From IMG/VR virus record IMGVR_UViG_3300029258_003681: a stretch of DNA of 64,000 nt; one strand, given 5' to 3'. A program made the position numbers and the translations under genes. Under the pieces are notes generated by a model that made no database searches, was not told the DNA's origin, and worked only from the letters and a program-made list of their open reading frames with translations. Source of the stretch: a virus. Every line of letters starts with the position of its first letter. Positions within the stretch are counted from its first letter, which is position 1. Shown here piece after piece: positions 30,588 through 40,254 of this stretch.

Positions 30588-31640
30588 TTGATGGCTGACG
30601 AAAAACCGAATATTGCGACGATGGAGCCGCTGGAATATATCGAAGCTCGAATGGCTCAATTACCGGACACTGCGAAGAGAGTGTTGGGCTTTGAGGATCC
30701 CGCGATCAAGTCGCAGATTGCTCATATGTTTTCAGTGGAGTATATCCGTCTTAGGCATACCATGCTGGAGGGGAATTGCCGCGAGCTTTACCGTCGGTAT
30801 ATGGGTGCGATGAAGGCTCTGGAGAAGGCTGTGGGCGTGGATGATGCGAGACGTTTGTTTTTGGAGAGCATGGATCATGTTTCCGAAGACATTGGGGAGG
30901 TTCCGCAATTATGAAGTCGGAAGAAGAGAAGTTCGAGAGGTTGCTTAGTGAGGGACCGAATCTCACGACAATTCCCACGTGGCAGGAGATTGATGCGGAG
31001 TTGCGTGCGGGTGGATTGCCAGGGATAACAGCGAAGATTGAAATTGGTCAGCACGATTTGTATTTAAAAACAGCATGGTATAAAGGACGTATTGTTCGGC
31101 TTGATATTACATTGTCGCGTGGGCGTGAGCCTGGTGATGATTTGCCGAAGACGCATCACATGATTACACTGGAGACGACGCGGTTTGATTTGGCACGTTC
31201 ATGGGTCGAAAATGAATGTCGTATGGCGTCGAATCTTCTTCAGACGGGGCAGGCTGGCATCGGTACAATTCTCGATGAGTGGGTGGGGGTCGAGGGATAT
31301 CCGTCGGGTTTTTGTCCTCAATTACCTGGAGTGAATCCAGAGACTGGTTTGTCTGGGCCAACATATCAGAAGGGGCCATTGCACGCTGCTGCGATGTTGA
31401 TTCGGAGCAGGCTGGTTGCATGGTCTGAATTTGTACAAAGGAACCGTTATGCAGATTGAATATTTGGTTTTGTTTGGGGGAGGGGTGTTGACTGGAGTAT
31501 TGATGGTGGGATGGTTTGCGTGGAAGAATGTGCGAATGTACCGTCTCTTGTGGGAAAACGAGAAGGCGGGGAATGTTCTGTTGACGAGGCGTGCAATGGC
31601 TCTTGAGGAAGAGCGTATGGATTACGGAGGAGAAGACTGA
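30588..31640 (+). other. three hypothetical CDS (30588..30914, 30911..31459, 31449..31640)
   Basis: ORF track and overlaps. Confidence 0.55.
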
Positions 31641-32710
31641 TGGCTGGAAAGAGAAAAGGTGGAAAAGTTCGGCGGTTGGATCGGAACAAGTTGGCTGCTC
31701 CGATGACGGGATTTGCTCGTGTCCCAAATCCCGAAGGGGCTGACGAGGTGGGTGTCTTAGCGACGTTTGAAAATAACAAGTATGGAGTTTTTCTCAAGCA
31801 GTCGGTGTCGCATGGGTTTTCGGTGCCTGGTCCTGACGGGCAGCCCCGACCGATGGAGATCCTTCAATTGATTATTGTTCGGCTTGATAAAAAGCGTATT
31901 GAGATTCCGTGGGCGGAGAAGCAGGCCATTAAGAATGAACTACTGGGGCCGATGACTGAGGCGATGGAGCTGTTTCCGTCGGAGATGCGTCGGATGACTA
32001 CCATTGCTGGTCATCAGACGCACCTATGGGCTCTTCCTCCTGGGGCTACGATTCCTGTCGGTTTGGTTCCGAAAGCGATGCAGGAGATGGGCCGTGCGGA
32101 TCAGCTAGAGAAGCTGAAGGTTACTCCTGAAGAGTTGGAGGTGTATGCGGTCGATGATGATGGCGTGACTCAGATTTTCGAGTCCGAGGCTGAGGCCAAG
32201 AAATTGTATGAGGAGGCAGGAAACGAGCTGGAGGGTGGTTCTGTTGTTTCATTGGCTGAGGCTTTGACTGAGGAGAAGGGGGCTGTTTGGTCGAACGTGG
32301 CGAAAGTCAAGATGGCGAACGCTCTGGAGAAAGCGTCTGTTTTGAGCAATTTAATGGATCCTGACGCTGCGCCTGGCGGAGAGGCGACGAAGATTAATAC
32401 GAATGGGCCGCACACGGATCAAGATGATCTGGAGGATTCGATGGGGGTGGTTGACGAGTCTCCTAATGGCGATGAGGAGAACGTCATGATGCCTGAGTTT
32501 ATGAAACTGGGCATGGAGAAGATGCAGGTTGACAGACATCTTGCGATAGAGGATGCGGTAGCGAAGCTGAGGGCCAAGATGGAATCGGACAAAGAGGCGT
32601 CTGAGGTTAATGCCAAGGCGGAGGCGGAAGCAGAGGAAGCCGCTGGCGATGAGTTGGCCGCTATGCGCGAGAAGGCGCGACAGGAGCGAAAGAAGGCCGA
32701 GGAGAAGTAG
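31640..32710 (+). CDS. phage protein with conserved W.EKQAIKNEL.G...A.ELFP...HLW domain and acidic C-terminal half
   Basis: Motif recognised from a widespread uncharacterised phage family; function unknown. Confidence 0.6.
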   Translation: MAGKRKGGKVRRLDRNKLAAPMTGFARVPNPEGADEVGVLATFENNKYGVFLKQSVSHGFSVPGPDGQPRPMEILQLIIVRLDKKRIEIPWAEKQAIKNELLGPMTEAMELFPSEMRRMTTIAGHQTHLWALPPGATIPVGLVPKAMQEMGRADQLEKLKVTPEELEVYAVDDDGVTQIFESEAEAKKLYEEAGNELEGGSVVSLAEALTEEKGAVWSNVAKVKMANALEKASVLSNLMDPDAAPGGEATKINTNGPHTDQDDLEDSMGVVDESPNGDEENVMMPEFMKLGMEKMQVDRHLAIEDAVAKLRAKMESDKEASEVNAKAEAEAEEAAGDELAAMREKARQERKKAEEK

Positions 32711-33577
32711 TGGATGAGAAATTGAGCCAGGTCGATAAAATGCGGATCGACCTTTGGACGGCTCATGATATGACTTTTGTGATCAGCAGGAAGAAGGGGA
32801 TTGGTACAATCCCTCGTTTTACTCCGTGCGTCAAGATTCCATATACAAATAAAATCAAGCGACATCTTCAGCAAATGGAGGAGCGCAACAAGGCCCTGCA
32901 TGTGTCTGGTTCGAAGGCCGTCTGTGTGAAGTTGCTGGGGATGCTGCGTTATGTCTGGCGGACTGATGTCCTCACCAAGGAGGAATATGAAAAAGTCAAA
33001 GAAAAAGAAAGAAAGAGTGCAGTTGGAGTATTTGGCACGAAGTCCAAAAGGTCTGTGGGTAAAGGGGATTCGTGACGAAGTTGCGATTGAGATTTTTTGG
33101 AAGCCCGTTTTTCAATATGAGAAGAGTGTGGTTACTGTTCTTGACTTCAATGGAGACGTTGAAAAGACGATCCCTGCTGGTGAGATTGAATGGGGGGAGG
33201 AGTGGCGGTCGCTTGGGAGGATTGAGTTGGTCGACGAGATGGTCGTTATGTCTGGCTTGGAGCATTTTGAGGAGTTTGCCTTTGGTTTGATGCGCCAGGG
33301 TGTCCGCCTTCTCACATGTGGGTATGGGGAGGTGCCCGAGGATGTGCTTGCGTGGTTTTCTGATTTTGGCGAGCGCAATTTTGTCGTAGAGGACGAATAT
33401 CAGGTGATCCGCAGCCATGGAGAGTTTCAGGAGCTGGAGGGATGCAGGATACGTGTGAGTCGTGCCGATGATGGATCTTTGACTGGAAAGTTGGCTGTCG
33501 GCGATGCTGAATTTGAGTTTAACCTTAATGATTCTGATGTCTTTACTTCTTTTGTGATTGCTACGGTGCCCGTATGA
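32710..33577 (+). other. two hypothetical CDS (32710..33075, 32987..33577)
   Basis: ORF track; AGGAGG before ATG 32987. Confidence 0.5.
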
Positions 33578-33629
33578 GTTTGAAAACTGGCTCCTTTTCT
33601 GACTCGTTTTAAAAAAGTGCTAATTAAAG

Positions 33630-33658
33630 TTGACTCTGCAAAACAGCGGATTTAAGCT
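33630..33658 (+). promoter_or_regulatory. sigma70-like promoter TTGACT-N17-TAAGCT
   Basis: Intergenic, upstream of the DUF932 gene. Confidence 0.65.
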
Positions 33659-33706
33659 GTCCTTAGCAAACGATCCCAGCAAGATGCTGGAGAAAAGGAG
33701 CCAACC

Positions 33707-34747
33707 ATGACAGAGAACACCGAGATTCAAAAAACCGACGATATTGTGATCGAGATGCCCTGGCAGGGCACCGGAGTGGCCGTGAGCGAGGACGAGGTCA
33801 AGACGGCACAGAGCTTGATGGCCGAGGCGAACCTCGACTGGGAGGTCGTCGAGCGTCCGCTGAGGTTCACGCCCGATCTGAGCAATCCCATGCGTGAGGT
33901 CCAGGTCGACACCCACAAGATGATCATGCGCGAGACCGACGAGGCTCCCCTCGGGGTTGTTGGAGTCGGTTGGAGGCCCCTCCAGAATCACGAAGCTTTC
34001 GACTTTGTTGATCAGCTGATCGAGGCGGGAGCGCTCAAGTACCACAGCGCTGGCTCTTTTAAAAACGGTAAAGTGATCTGGATCCAGGCCGAGTTCGCGG
34101 AGAGCGAGATCCTCCCGAATGACCCCCACAAGAAGTACTTGATGCTGGTTAGCGCCTTCGACGGCACCTTCTCGGTGCGGATCGGCGAGACCGACATACG
34201 GATCGCCTGCTGGAACACTTTCCGTATGGCCCTGATCGACTTGGCGCGCGAAGAGGAGAACGCGATGAAGGAAATTCGTATCCGCCATACGCAGACGCTC
34301 AAGGAGAAGATCAAGGCGGCGCAGAAGGCGATCAAGCAGGCCCATCAGCGGAGCAAGCGTACTGACAACTTCATGAAGGCCCTGACGCGCCTGACCATGA
34401 GCGGCGAAATGTGGAAAGAGTACACACATACCTTGATCCCTGACCCAGGCGAGGGCAAGCGCAACACTCGTGCAGAGAAGGCCAGGAACGCGATCATGAG
34501 TCTTGCGCTCACAGGCAAGGGCCAGGACATCCCTGGGGTCGCGGGGACGGGTTACGCGGCGCTGAACGCGGTCACCGAGTACGTCAACTTCAAGCGTAGC
34601 AGCCGAGGCAAGGACGATCTCACGAAGCAGGGGAATCGCTTCCGCAGCACTCTTTTCGGGCAGAGCGCCAAGATGATCACCGAGAGCGCCAGTATCCTCA
34701 ACAGATTCCTGGTTGATCACGCCATCCAAGTCGAGACCGTCCTCTAG
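33707..34747 (+). CDS. DUF932 / phage-plasmid TIGR03299-like protein
   Basis: ANLDWEV, LGVVG..W.PLQN.EAFDF, SAGSFKNGKVIW, SAFDG, RIACWNT, IRHT, YAALNAVTEY. Confidence 0.85.
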   Translation: MTENTEIQKTDDIVIEMPWQGTGVAVSEDEVKTAQSLMAEANLDWEVVERPLRFTPDLSNPMREVQVDTHKMIMRETDEAPLGVVGVGWRPLQNHEAFDFVDQLIEAGALKYHSAGSFKNGKVIWIQAEFAESEILPNDPHKKYLMLVSAFDGTFSVRIGETDIRIACWNTFRMALIDLAREEENAMKEIRIRHTQTLKEKIKAAQKAIKQAHQRSKRTDNFMKALTRLTMSGEMWKEYTHTLIPDPGEGKRNTRAEKARNAIMSLALTGKGQDIPGVAGTGYAALNAVTEYVNFKRSSRGKDDLTKQGNRFRSTLFGQSAKMITESASILNRFLVDHAIQVETVL

Positions 34748-34875
34748 CCTCACCTTCCCCCTCTATCCTTGACATGACGAACTCCAGTTCGCACTACTCC
34801 ACCCACTTCGCGTTTGACAACCCTTCATAAAATGATCTATAAAAGGGAGGTCTGATCGATTGCTGAAGGGTTGAT

Positions 34876-35193
34876 ATGTTTGAGCTGATGACGGTTGCAG
34901 AGATTCTGCGAGATTTACGAAGCGTAAAAGTTCCACCAGACATACGTGGTTTTATCGATCGTACTCGTGTGTATTTCGAGACCGAGGGAGATCTCCCTTC
35001 AAGCACTCAGAAGCGTTTGCGCCAAATTTGCAATCAGTACGGTAAGCAATTGAAAGAGCTGCATGCTTCCCGTGCAAGGGCGCGCAGAACAAACGGTCTG
35101 AAGGCGCTCGGGATTTCGCGGCAGGAGGCTGCTCGCAGGGTGGAAATGCGGCGTGCTGCGGTTGCTGCGCGAAAGAACGACGTTGGATTTTGA
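34876..35193 (+). CDS. hypothetical basic protein
   Basis: ORF track; candidate promoter TTGACA at 34814. Confidence 0.6.
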   Translation: MFELMTVAEILRDLRSVKVPPDIRGFIDRTRVYFETEGDLPSSTQKRLRQICNQYGKQLKELHASRARARRTNGLKALGISRQEAARRVEMRRAAVAARKNDVGF

Positions 35194-35202
35194 GAGGTTA
35201 AT

Positions 35203-35517
35203 ATGGGGACTACTCGGGTCGGACCAGAAATCATTTCAGCTGTAAAAGATGTTGTAGGGATCGTTCGGCATTTTGTTGATCATCCAGAGGGGGTCGAGGT
35301 GAATATTCGGCCTGGCCCGTATCGGGTTACTGCCGAATTGTACACGGCTCCAGAGGATGTGGGGCAGGTTGTGGGGCGAAACGGATATTTGATGTCGTCG
35401 CTTCGGGCTTTCCTGGCGGCTCTTGCTGGAAAACACCGCATCAAGATTGACCTCGATTACGTTACCGAAGAGGACAATGCGCGAAGTTCCAGTAAAAAGA
35501 GGGCGTCTTCGAGTTGA
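35203..35517 (+). CDS. khpA: KH-domain RNA-binding protein, KhpA (YlqC)-like
   Basis: IVRHFVDHPEGVEV...ELYTAPEDVGQVVGRNG (GxxG loop)...SLRAFL. Confidence 0.85.
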   Translation: MGTTRVGPEIISAVKDVVGIVRHFVDHPEGVEVNIRPGPYRVTAELYTAPEDVGQVVGRNGYLMSSLRAFLAALAGKHRIKIDLDYVTEEDNARSSSKKRASSS

Positions 35518-35591
35518 CTCTTTTTGCTTTTTGAGTGATCATCATCTTTGTTGAAACCATGATCGCCCAGCAGATCTGGGAGGAGGGTTTG

Positions 35592-36639
35592 ATGGAGATC
35601 CAGGAACCTATTGAATTGAGAGTGCCTCCAGTAGGCAAAGTTGAGGCGCAGGTTACAGGACCAACGTCGATGATCAGATGGGCACCCGGCAACGGGGTCG
35701 TTTACCAGTTGCTCGTGACGCCAGTTTCTGATGAGATAAAGGCGTGGACTGGGGGCGGAGTTTTGTTGTCGATCATGAGGAGCGATGGCCAGAGTTATGC
35801 GACCTATCCTGGTAACCCGAGCGGCCTCTATCATCGCACTTTTGTGGATGAGAAGTGGGGCAAAGATCTCAGCGAGGAAGGGGTGTTTTACTTGACGGCC
35901 TTGTTGAATTGGACGGTGCTCGATGGCGACGTGGCCTCGCGGTACGCGAAAGAGAACTTCGAGGAAGCCAAGCAGCGATGGGTATAGTGGACGGACAGCT
36001 TGCGATTGCTTTGCCTCCTGAGAGTGAGTTGGATCTGGGTTGTCTCGTTCTTTTGGGGATGGCAGAGACAATGCATAAGTTTCGTGTTCTGGGCGGAACG
36101 GATCGTCCTGTTGTGGATCTCGGGGATGATGTCAAAATCACAATTGAAGAGCAGGATGCCTGTCAACCGTGGAGGGAGCGCCTTGTGAGCCTCCAGGATT
36201 GCGTGTGTGCCGTTGTTGAGGCTCATCCCGAGCTGGAGCCCGACGAGGTTTGTAAGGCGCTCTTGGAGGCCGACGGGTGGTCTTGGACGCCTGTTACATT
36301 TCGTACGCCTCTCTGGATGGTAGATTATGATGAGGTTTTGCGATCTGTGGTGGTTCAAGAGTTTGAGGTGTTGAAATGGCTCGCTCGATCTTCAAGGGTG
36401 ACAGAGTAAGGACTCCATTTGGTGATGGGATTATTGTTGATGCACAATCTTGGCGAGAAAAACTTCTTGACATGAGTGATGCTGAAGCGCGTGAATTTTC
36501 GGATCAGTGTCGTGTTGAGGTGGGCCTTAATTTCATGGAAGAGTGGGTCGAATTGCTGGTGAAAACCAAGCATGGTATGCGTAGGATGCTAGGTCACCAG
36601 GTGACTGTATTGGAGGGGCGTAATGGGAAGACCGATTAA
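35592..36639 (+). other. three hypothetical CDS (35592..35987, 35978..36409, 36376..36639)
   Basis: ORF track, SD sites. Confidence 0.55.
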
Positions 36640-37189
36640 GTTGAGTGTGTTGACCAAACGGATAAAGGAGAGCAAGGAAAAGACCAGCGTAGCCCGAGAG
36701 TCAAAGAGGAAGCGTCAGGCGGCAAGGAAAGCTGTGGCCGTTCAGGAAACACTCCCTAATTTCGATCGAGAGCATTCTGATTGTGGACAAACTCCTAAAG
36801 AGGTGTTAAACTGTTATCATGTTCAGCAATGGTTTCGTGATGCGATCACGACGCGCATTAGCTGGAGCGTGACCCTTCCACCCAATAGTAAGTGGTGGGG
36901 GGGCAAGCAGCTGTCGTTGGCTAAGACGCTGCTTGAAGCTTACGGAGGTGAGCTTGTAAAAAAGGCGATCTTCTACCTCTGCGATAATTGGGAGGAGATG
37001 ATCAAGGTTGACACGGGGCTGTCGGGTATTCCGACGGTTGAGTTTCTTTGGGGCGGCCGAGATCGCATTTTCCCAATGGCAGAGCGCGGAGCGCCGTTTG
37101 TTGGTGCTAAGAAGAGGACTATGCGTACGTGTCGGGATGCGGATGAGTATGTGGAGCCAGAGGATGACGCGGTAGGGCATGGCTGGTGA
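36623..37189 (+). CDS. hypothetical protein, possible replication initiator
   Basis: Position directly upstream of the loader and helicase; basic N-terminus. Function inferred from synteny only. Confidence 0.4.
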   Translation: MGRPIKLSVLTKRIKESKEKTSVARESKRKRQAARKAVAVQETLPNFDREHSDCGQTPKEVLNCYHVQQWFRDAITTRISWSVTLPPNSKWWGGKQLSLAKTLLEAYGGELVKKAIFYLCDNWEEMIKVDTGLSGIPTVEFLWGGRDRIFPMAERGAPFVGAKKRTMRTCRDADEYVEPEDDAVGHGW

Positions 37190-37851
37190 CAAAGATGGGA
37201 CAGCTTGTGGAATTGAGACGTAGAAAATTAACAGAGAAGGATCTTATTCGGATGCGTCTTCCGAAGCGATATTGGGAAGTGAATTGTGACGGTGTTTCGG
37301 ATGTGTCTGATAGTAAGGAGGGGAAGAGCCCGCGTGATATCCTGACAAGATACCTGCGTCAGATCGAGAGCATGCGAGAGCAGGGTCTGGGGATGTTATT
37401 GTGGGGAGCAAACGGGACAGGCAAAACGTCGATAGCTGCGATTATTGCGAAGGAATATCGACGCCGGTTTAATCCCGTTCTGTTTATCGAGGCGGCGAGC
37501 TTGAAGAGTTTGGTTGTTAGCAAGGAGCATTTTGACGAGGATGAGACATATTGGCAGCGTGCTATGTCAGTGGATGTTTTGGTGCTAGATGATCTGGGGA
37601 AGGGTACTCAGGATAGCACAGGCTTTGGCGAACGGTTGATCGATGAGTTGATTCGCACACGGAATGCAAACAAGCTGGTGACGATCATCACGACCAATGC
37701 GGTGCCCCGAGGAAAGGGTGAGGCTTTGACGGATATCCTCAAACCGTCTACACTTCATTCTTTGAAGGAGCATGTAATGGCGATCCATGTGCGTGGAGTT
37801 GATCAGCGAGAAGAGATATACAAGAAAGCCATTCGGCAAATAGCAGATTAG
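37186..37851 (+). CDS. DnaC/IstB-like AAA+ ATPase (helicase loader)
   Basis: RLPKRY, LLWGANGTGKT (Walker A), VLVLDDLG (Walker B), TIITTN. Confidence 0.88.
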   Translation: MTKMGQLVELRRRKLTEKDLIRMRLPKRYWEVNCDGVSDVSDSKEGKSPRDILTRYLRQIESMREQGLGMLLWGANGTGKTSIAAIIAKEYRRRFNPVLFIEAASLKSLVVSKEHFDEDETYWQRAMSVDVLVLDDLGKGTQDSTGFGERLIDELIRTRNANKLVTIITTNAVPRGKGEALTDILKPSTLHSLKEHVMAIHVRGVDQREEIYKKAIRQIAD

Positions 37852-37867
37852 ACGAGGGAGAGGCAGA

Positions 37868-39208
37868 GTGGATCAACGCGACCTTGACGGGAGAGTACCC
37901 CCTTATAGCAAGGAAGCAGAGGGGGCAGTCCTTGGGGGGATTCTGCTGAATAACGAGGCTCTTGTTATTGTTGAGGGCATCCTTTCACAGTCAGACTTTT
38001 ATATGGAGCCGAGTCGTCGGATCTATGCGGCGATGAGGAATTTGGCCGATGACAAGACGCCGATCGATCATATTACACTCGCAGAGCAGCTCAAAAAGAA
38101 CGGTGATTATGAAAAGATTGGGGGCGCAGCGACGTTATCCAGGCTCACTGACTTGGTGGTGACGACTGCGAATATTGATCATTATGCGGGGATCATCCGT
38201 GAGAAGTCAGCCATTCGTGGTGTAGTGCATGCCTCTCAGGAGGCGGCGGCTCATGGGTTTTCTTCTGAAGATCCCGAGACACTTAATGCGAGTGTTTTGT
38301 CGATTGTCGAAGCTTCGCATGCTCTTGCGCGCACGCGCATGCCTATGTCGATGTTTGAGCTTGGCGATGGTGTGTTGGAAATGTATCGCAAGGTGGCGGG
38401 GGGTTATCGTGGGATTCCGTTGCCGTGGCCGACATTGGATAATATGACAGCGGGGATGTGGCCCAAGACGGTCACGATGTTTGTGGCGCGACCTGGAGTT
38501 GGCAAGACCTTCGTTGCTGTGATTGCGGCTCGGCATGCGTGGCAGCAGGGGTGCAGGACATTGATCGTGTCGCCTGAAATGAGTAAGGAGGAGATCGCAG
38601 AGCGGTTTTTTGTTGTCGAAGCGGATGTCAGTTATTTGGATGTGATGCGTGGGCAGCTTTCTGATTTTTCATTGCCAAAACTTGAGGATACGATTGAGCG
38701 TTCGAGGACGAAGGAAAATTTATGGATCATGGATTCGAATGATGATCTATCTCTTCGTGGGATTGAGGCTGCGGTTCGTGCGTGTCGTCCCCACTTGGTT
38801 GCGGTTGATTCCATTTACGATTTGAAGATCTCTGGTGATCGGAGAGAGCGTGCGCTTGCGGCGCTGGAGTGGATGAAGCGTGGGGCGAAGGCCCTTGATT
38901 TTGCTTGCGTAGGATTCGCACAGCAGAACAGAGCGGCCGAGTTGAGTGAGAAAAAGGGTGGTGGGGCTCGTCTTGGCACAATTGCGCTGGCTGATGAAAT
39001 TGGGCAGGATGTCCATGCTGTATATGCCTTGGAGCAGTCGAAGGATGACAAGGCGGATAAGGTTTTACGATTCAAGACGCTCAAGCTTCGGCGAGGACAT
39101 ATTTTAAGGGAAGTTGTTCGAGCGAATTGGGATTTTGATGGCATGAATTATGATGAGATTCCAGAGAAGGACGAGGGGTATGATGACAATGAACCCGTCC
39201 CATTCTAA
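37868..39208 (+). CDS. dnaB: replicative DNA helicase
   Basis: RVPPYSKEAEGAVLGGIL N-domain; ARPGVGKT, SPEM, VAVDSIY, AQQNR, IGQDV. Confidence 0.92.
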   Translation: MDQRDLDGRVPPYSKEAEGAVLGGILLNNEALVIVEGILSQSDFYMEPSRRIYAAMRNLADDKTPIDHITLAEQLKKNGDYEKIGGAATLSRLTDLVVTTANIDHYAGIIREKSAIRGVVHASQEAAAHGFSSEDPETLNASVLSIVEASHALARTRMPMSMFELGDGVLEMYRKVAGGYRGIPLPWPTLDNMTAGMWPKTVTMFVARPGVGKTFVAVIAARHAWQQGCRTLIVSPEMSKEEIAERFFVVEADVSYLDVMRGQLSDFSLPKLEDTIERSRTKENLWIMDSNDDLSLRGIEAAVRACRPHLVAVDSIYDLKISGDRRERALAALEWMKRGAKALDFACVGFAQQNRAAELSEKKGGGARLGTIALADEIGQDVHAVYALEQSKDDKADKVLRFKTLKLRRGHILREVVRANWDFDGMNYDEIPEKDEGYDDNEPVPF

Positions 39209-39212
39209 TCTG

Positions 39213-39241
39213 TTGACAAACGTCTCAGTGTGATGCATTAT
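39213..39241 (+). promoter_or_regulatory. sigma70-like promoter TTGACA-N17-CATTAT
   Basis: TTGACAAACG motif upstream of the SSB gene. Confidence 0.75.
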
Positions 39242-39326
39242 CTCAGAAGGCTAGTCACCTGATCTAAATAGATCGTGAGACTCTATTGGTGCTCAAAGAC
39301 ACAACAAGAGCACAAAAGGAGGTAAG

Positions 39327-40223
39327 ATGATGGGTAAGTATGGTCAGCCAGGTTGGGATCTTCCAGACGATGACGATGAAGGTGGAGGAGGCGAAGGTGG
39401 GAAATACACCGAAGAGGAGCGTCTCTTTCGTTTCCGCTTCAAGATGCCCGAGGCCGCAAAGAATCCTCTGGAGGTAGGTCGTCCAGTCACGCACAGGATA
39501 TTGTTTTTGAACGGAGCACCGTTTTCGTTTTACGAGCATGGCTTGTACAAGTGGCGCGGGTGTGGTCATTGGACGGCGCTTTGTTTGAAGAAGAATGATA
39601 TCGATGATCGCGGATGTCCACTTTGTGACAAGGCGGGTGGTGATGATTGGCCCGCTTATGTTGGTCTGTTTGGTATCATTGACATGGGCCAAGTCGAATA
39701 TGTCCGACAGGAGGGTGATAATAAGGACGAGATTAGCGGTATCAAGCTTCACCACAGGACATGGACCGACAAAGATGGTGAAGTCCATGAGGATGCTTTC
39801 CCTCGTATCCTTCTCGGCGCAAAAAAGGGCAGCAAGAAGAGTCCTGGTGTCCTCAAGAAACTGTTGTGGCAGGCCGAGAGGCGCGGCAACAGCCTGGAAG
39901 GGACAGTCTGGGATACGAGCAGGAGTGGTGACAAGGAAGCTGGCGTGGGCGAGTCGTGGGAGTATGTCGATCGTATTGCGCCCGAGGATTACGTGAAATA
40001 CTTGCAGAAGTATGGTGCGGATCCCGAGAAGTTGAATGTTGAGCCGGTCAGTAATTGGCGTGAGATTTGTAAAGCTCTTTCATATGAGCAGCTTGCGCAG
40101 ATTGTTGGGCTGGGTGGCTCTGGTGGGCAGAGGAGCGAGGCGAGATCAGAAGGGGCCGATTACGAAGGTGGTCAGGAGTCTGGACAGCAGGGCTTCAGTG
40201 ACAATGACGATATCCCCTTCTGA
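39327..40223 (+). CDS. single-stranded DNA-binding protein (gp32-like, Zn-binding)
   Basis: FYEH..C..CPLC; acidic C-terminal tail ending DNDDIPF; replication-cluster context. Confidence 0.7.
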   Translation: MMGKYGQPGWDLPDDDDEGGGGEGGKYTEEERLFRFRFKMPEAAKNPLEVGRPVTHRILFLNGAPFSFYEHGLYKWRGCGHWTALCLKKNDIDDRGCPLCDKAGGDDWPAYVGLFGIIDMGQVEYVRQEGDNKDEISGIKLHHRTWTDKDGEVHEDAFPRILLGAKKGSKKSPGVLKKLLWQAERRGNSLEGTVWDTSRSGDKEAGVGESWEYVDRIAPEDYVKYLQKYGADPEKLNVEPVSNWREICKALSYEQLAQIVGLGGSGGQRSEARSEGADYEGGQESGQQGFSDNDDIPF

Positions 40224-40254
40224 TCGTAGACGGTTGTTTGTTGGAGGTTGAGGG

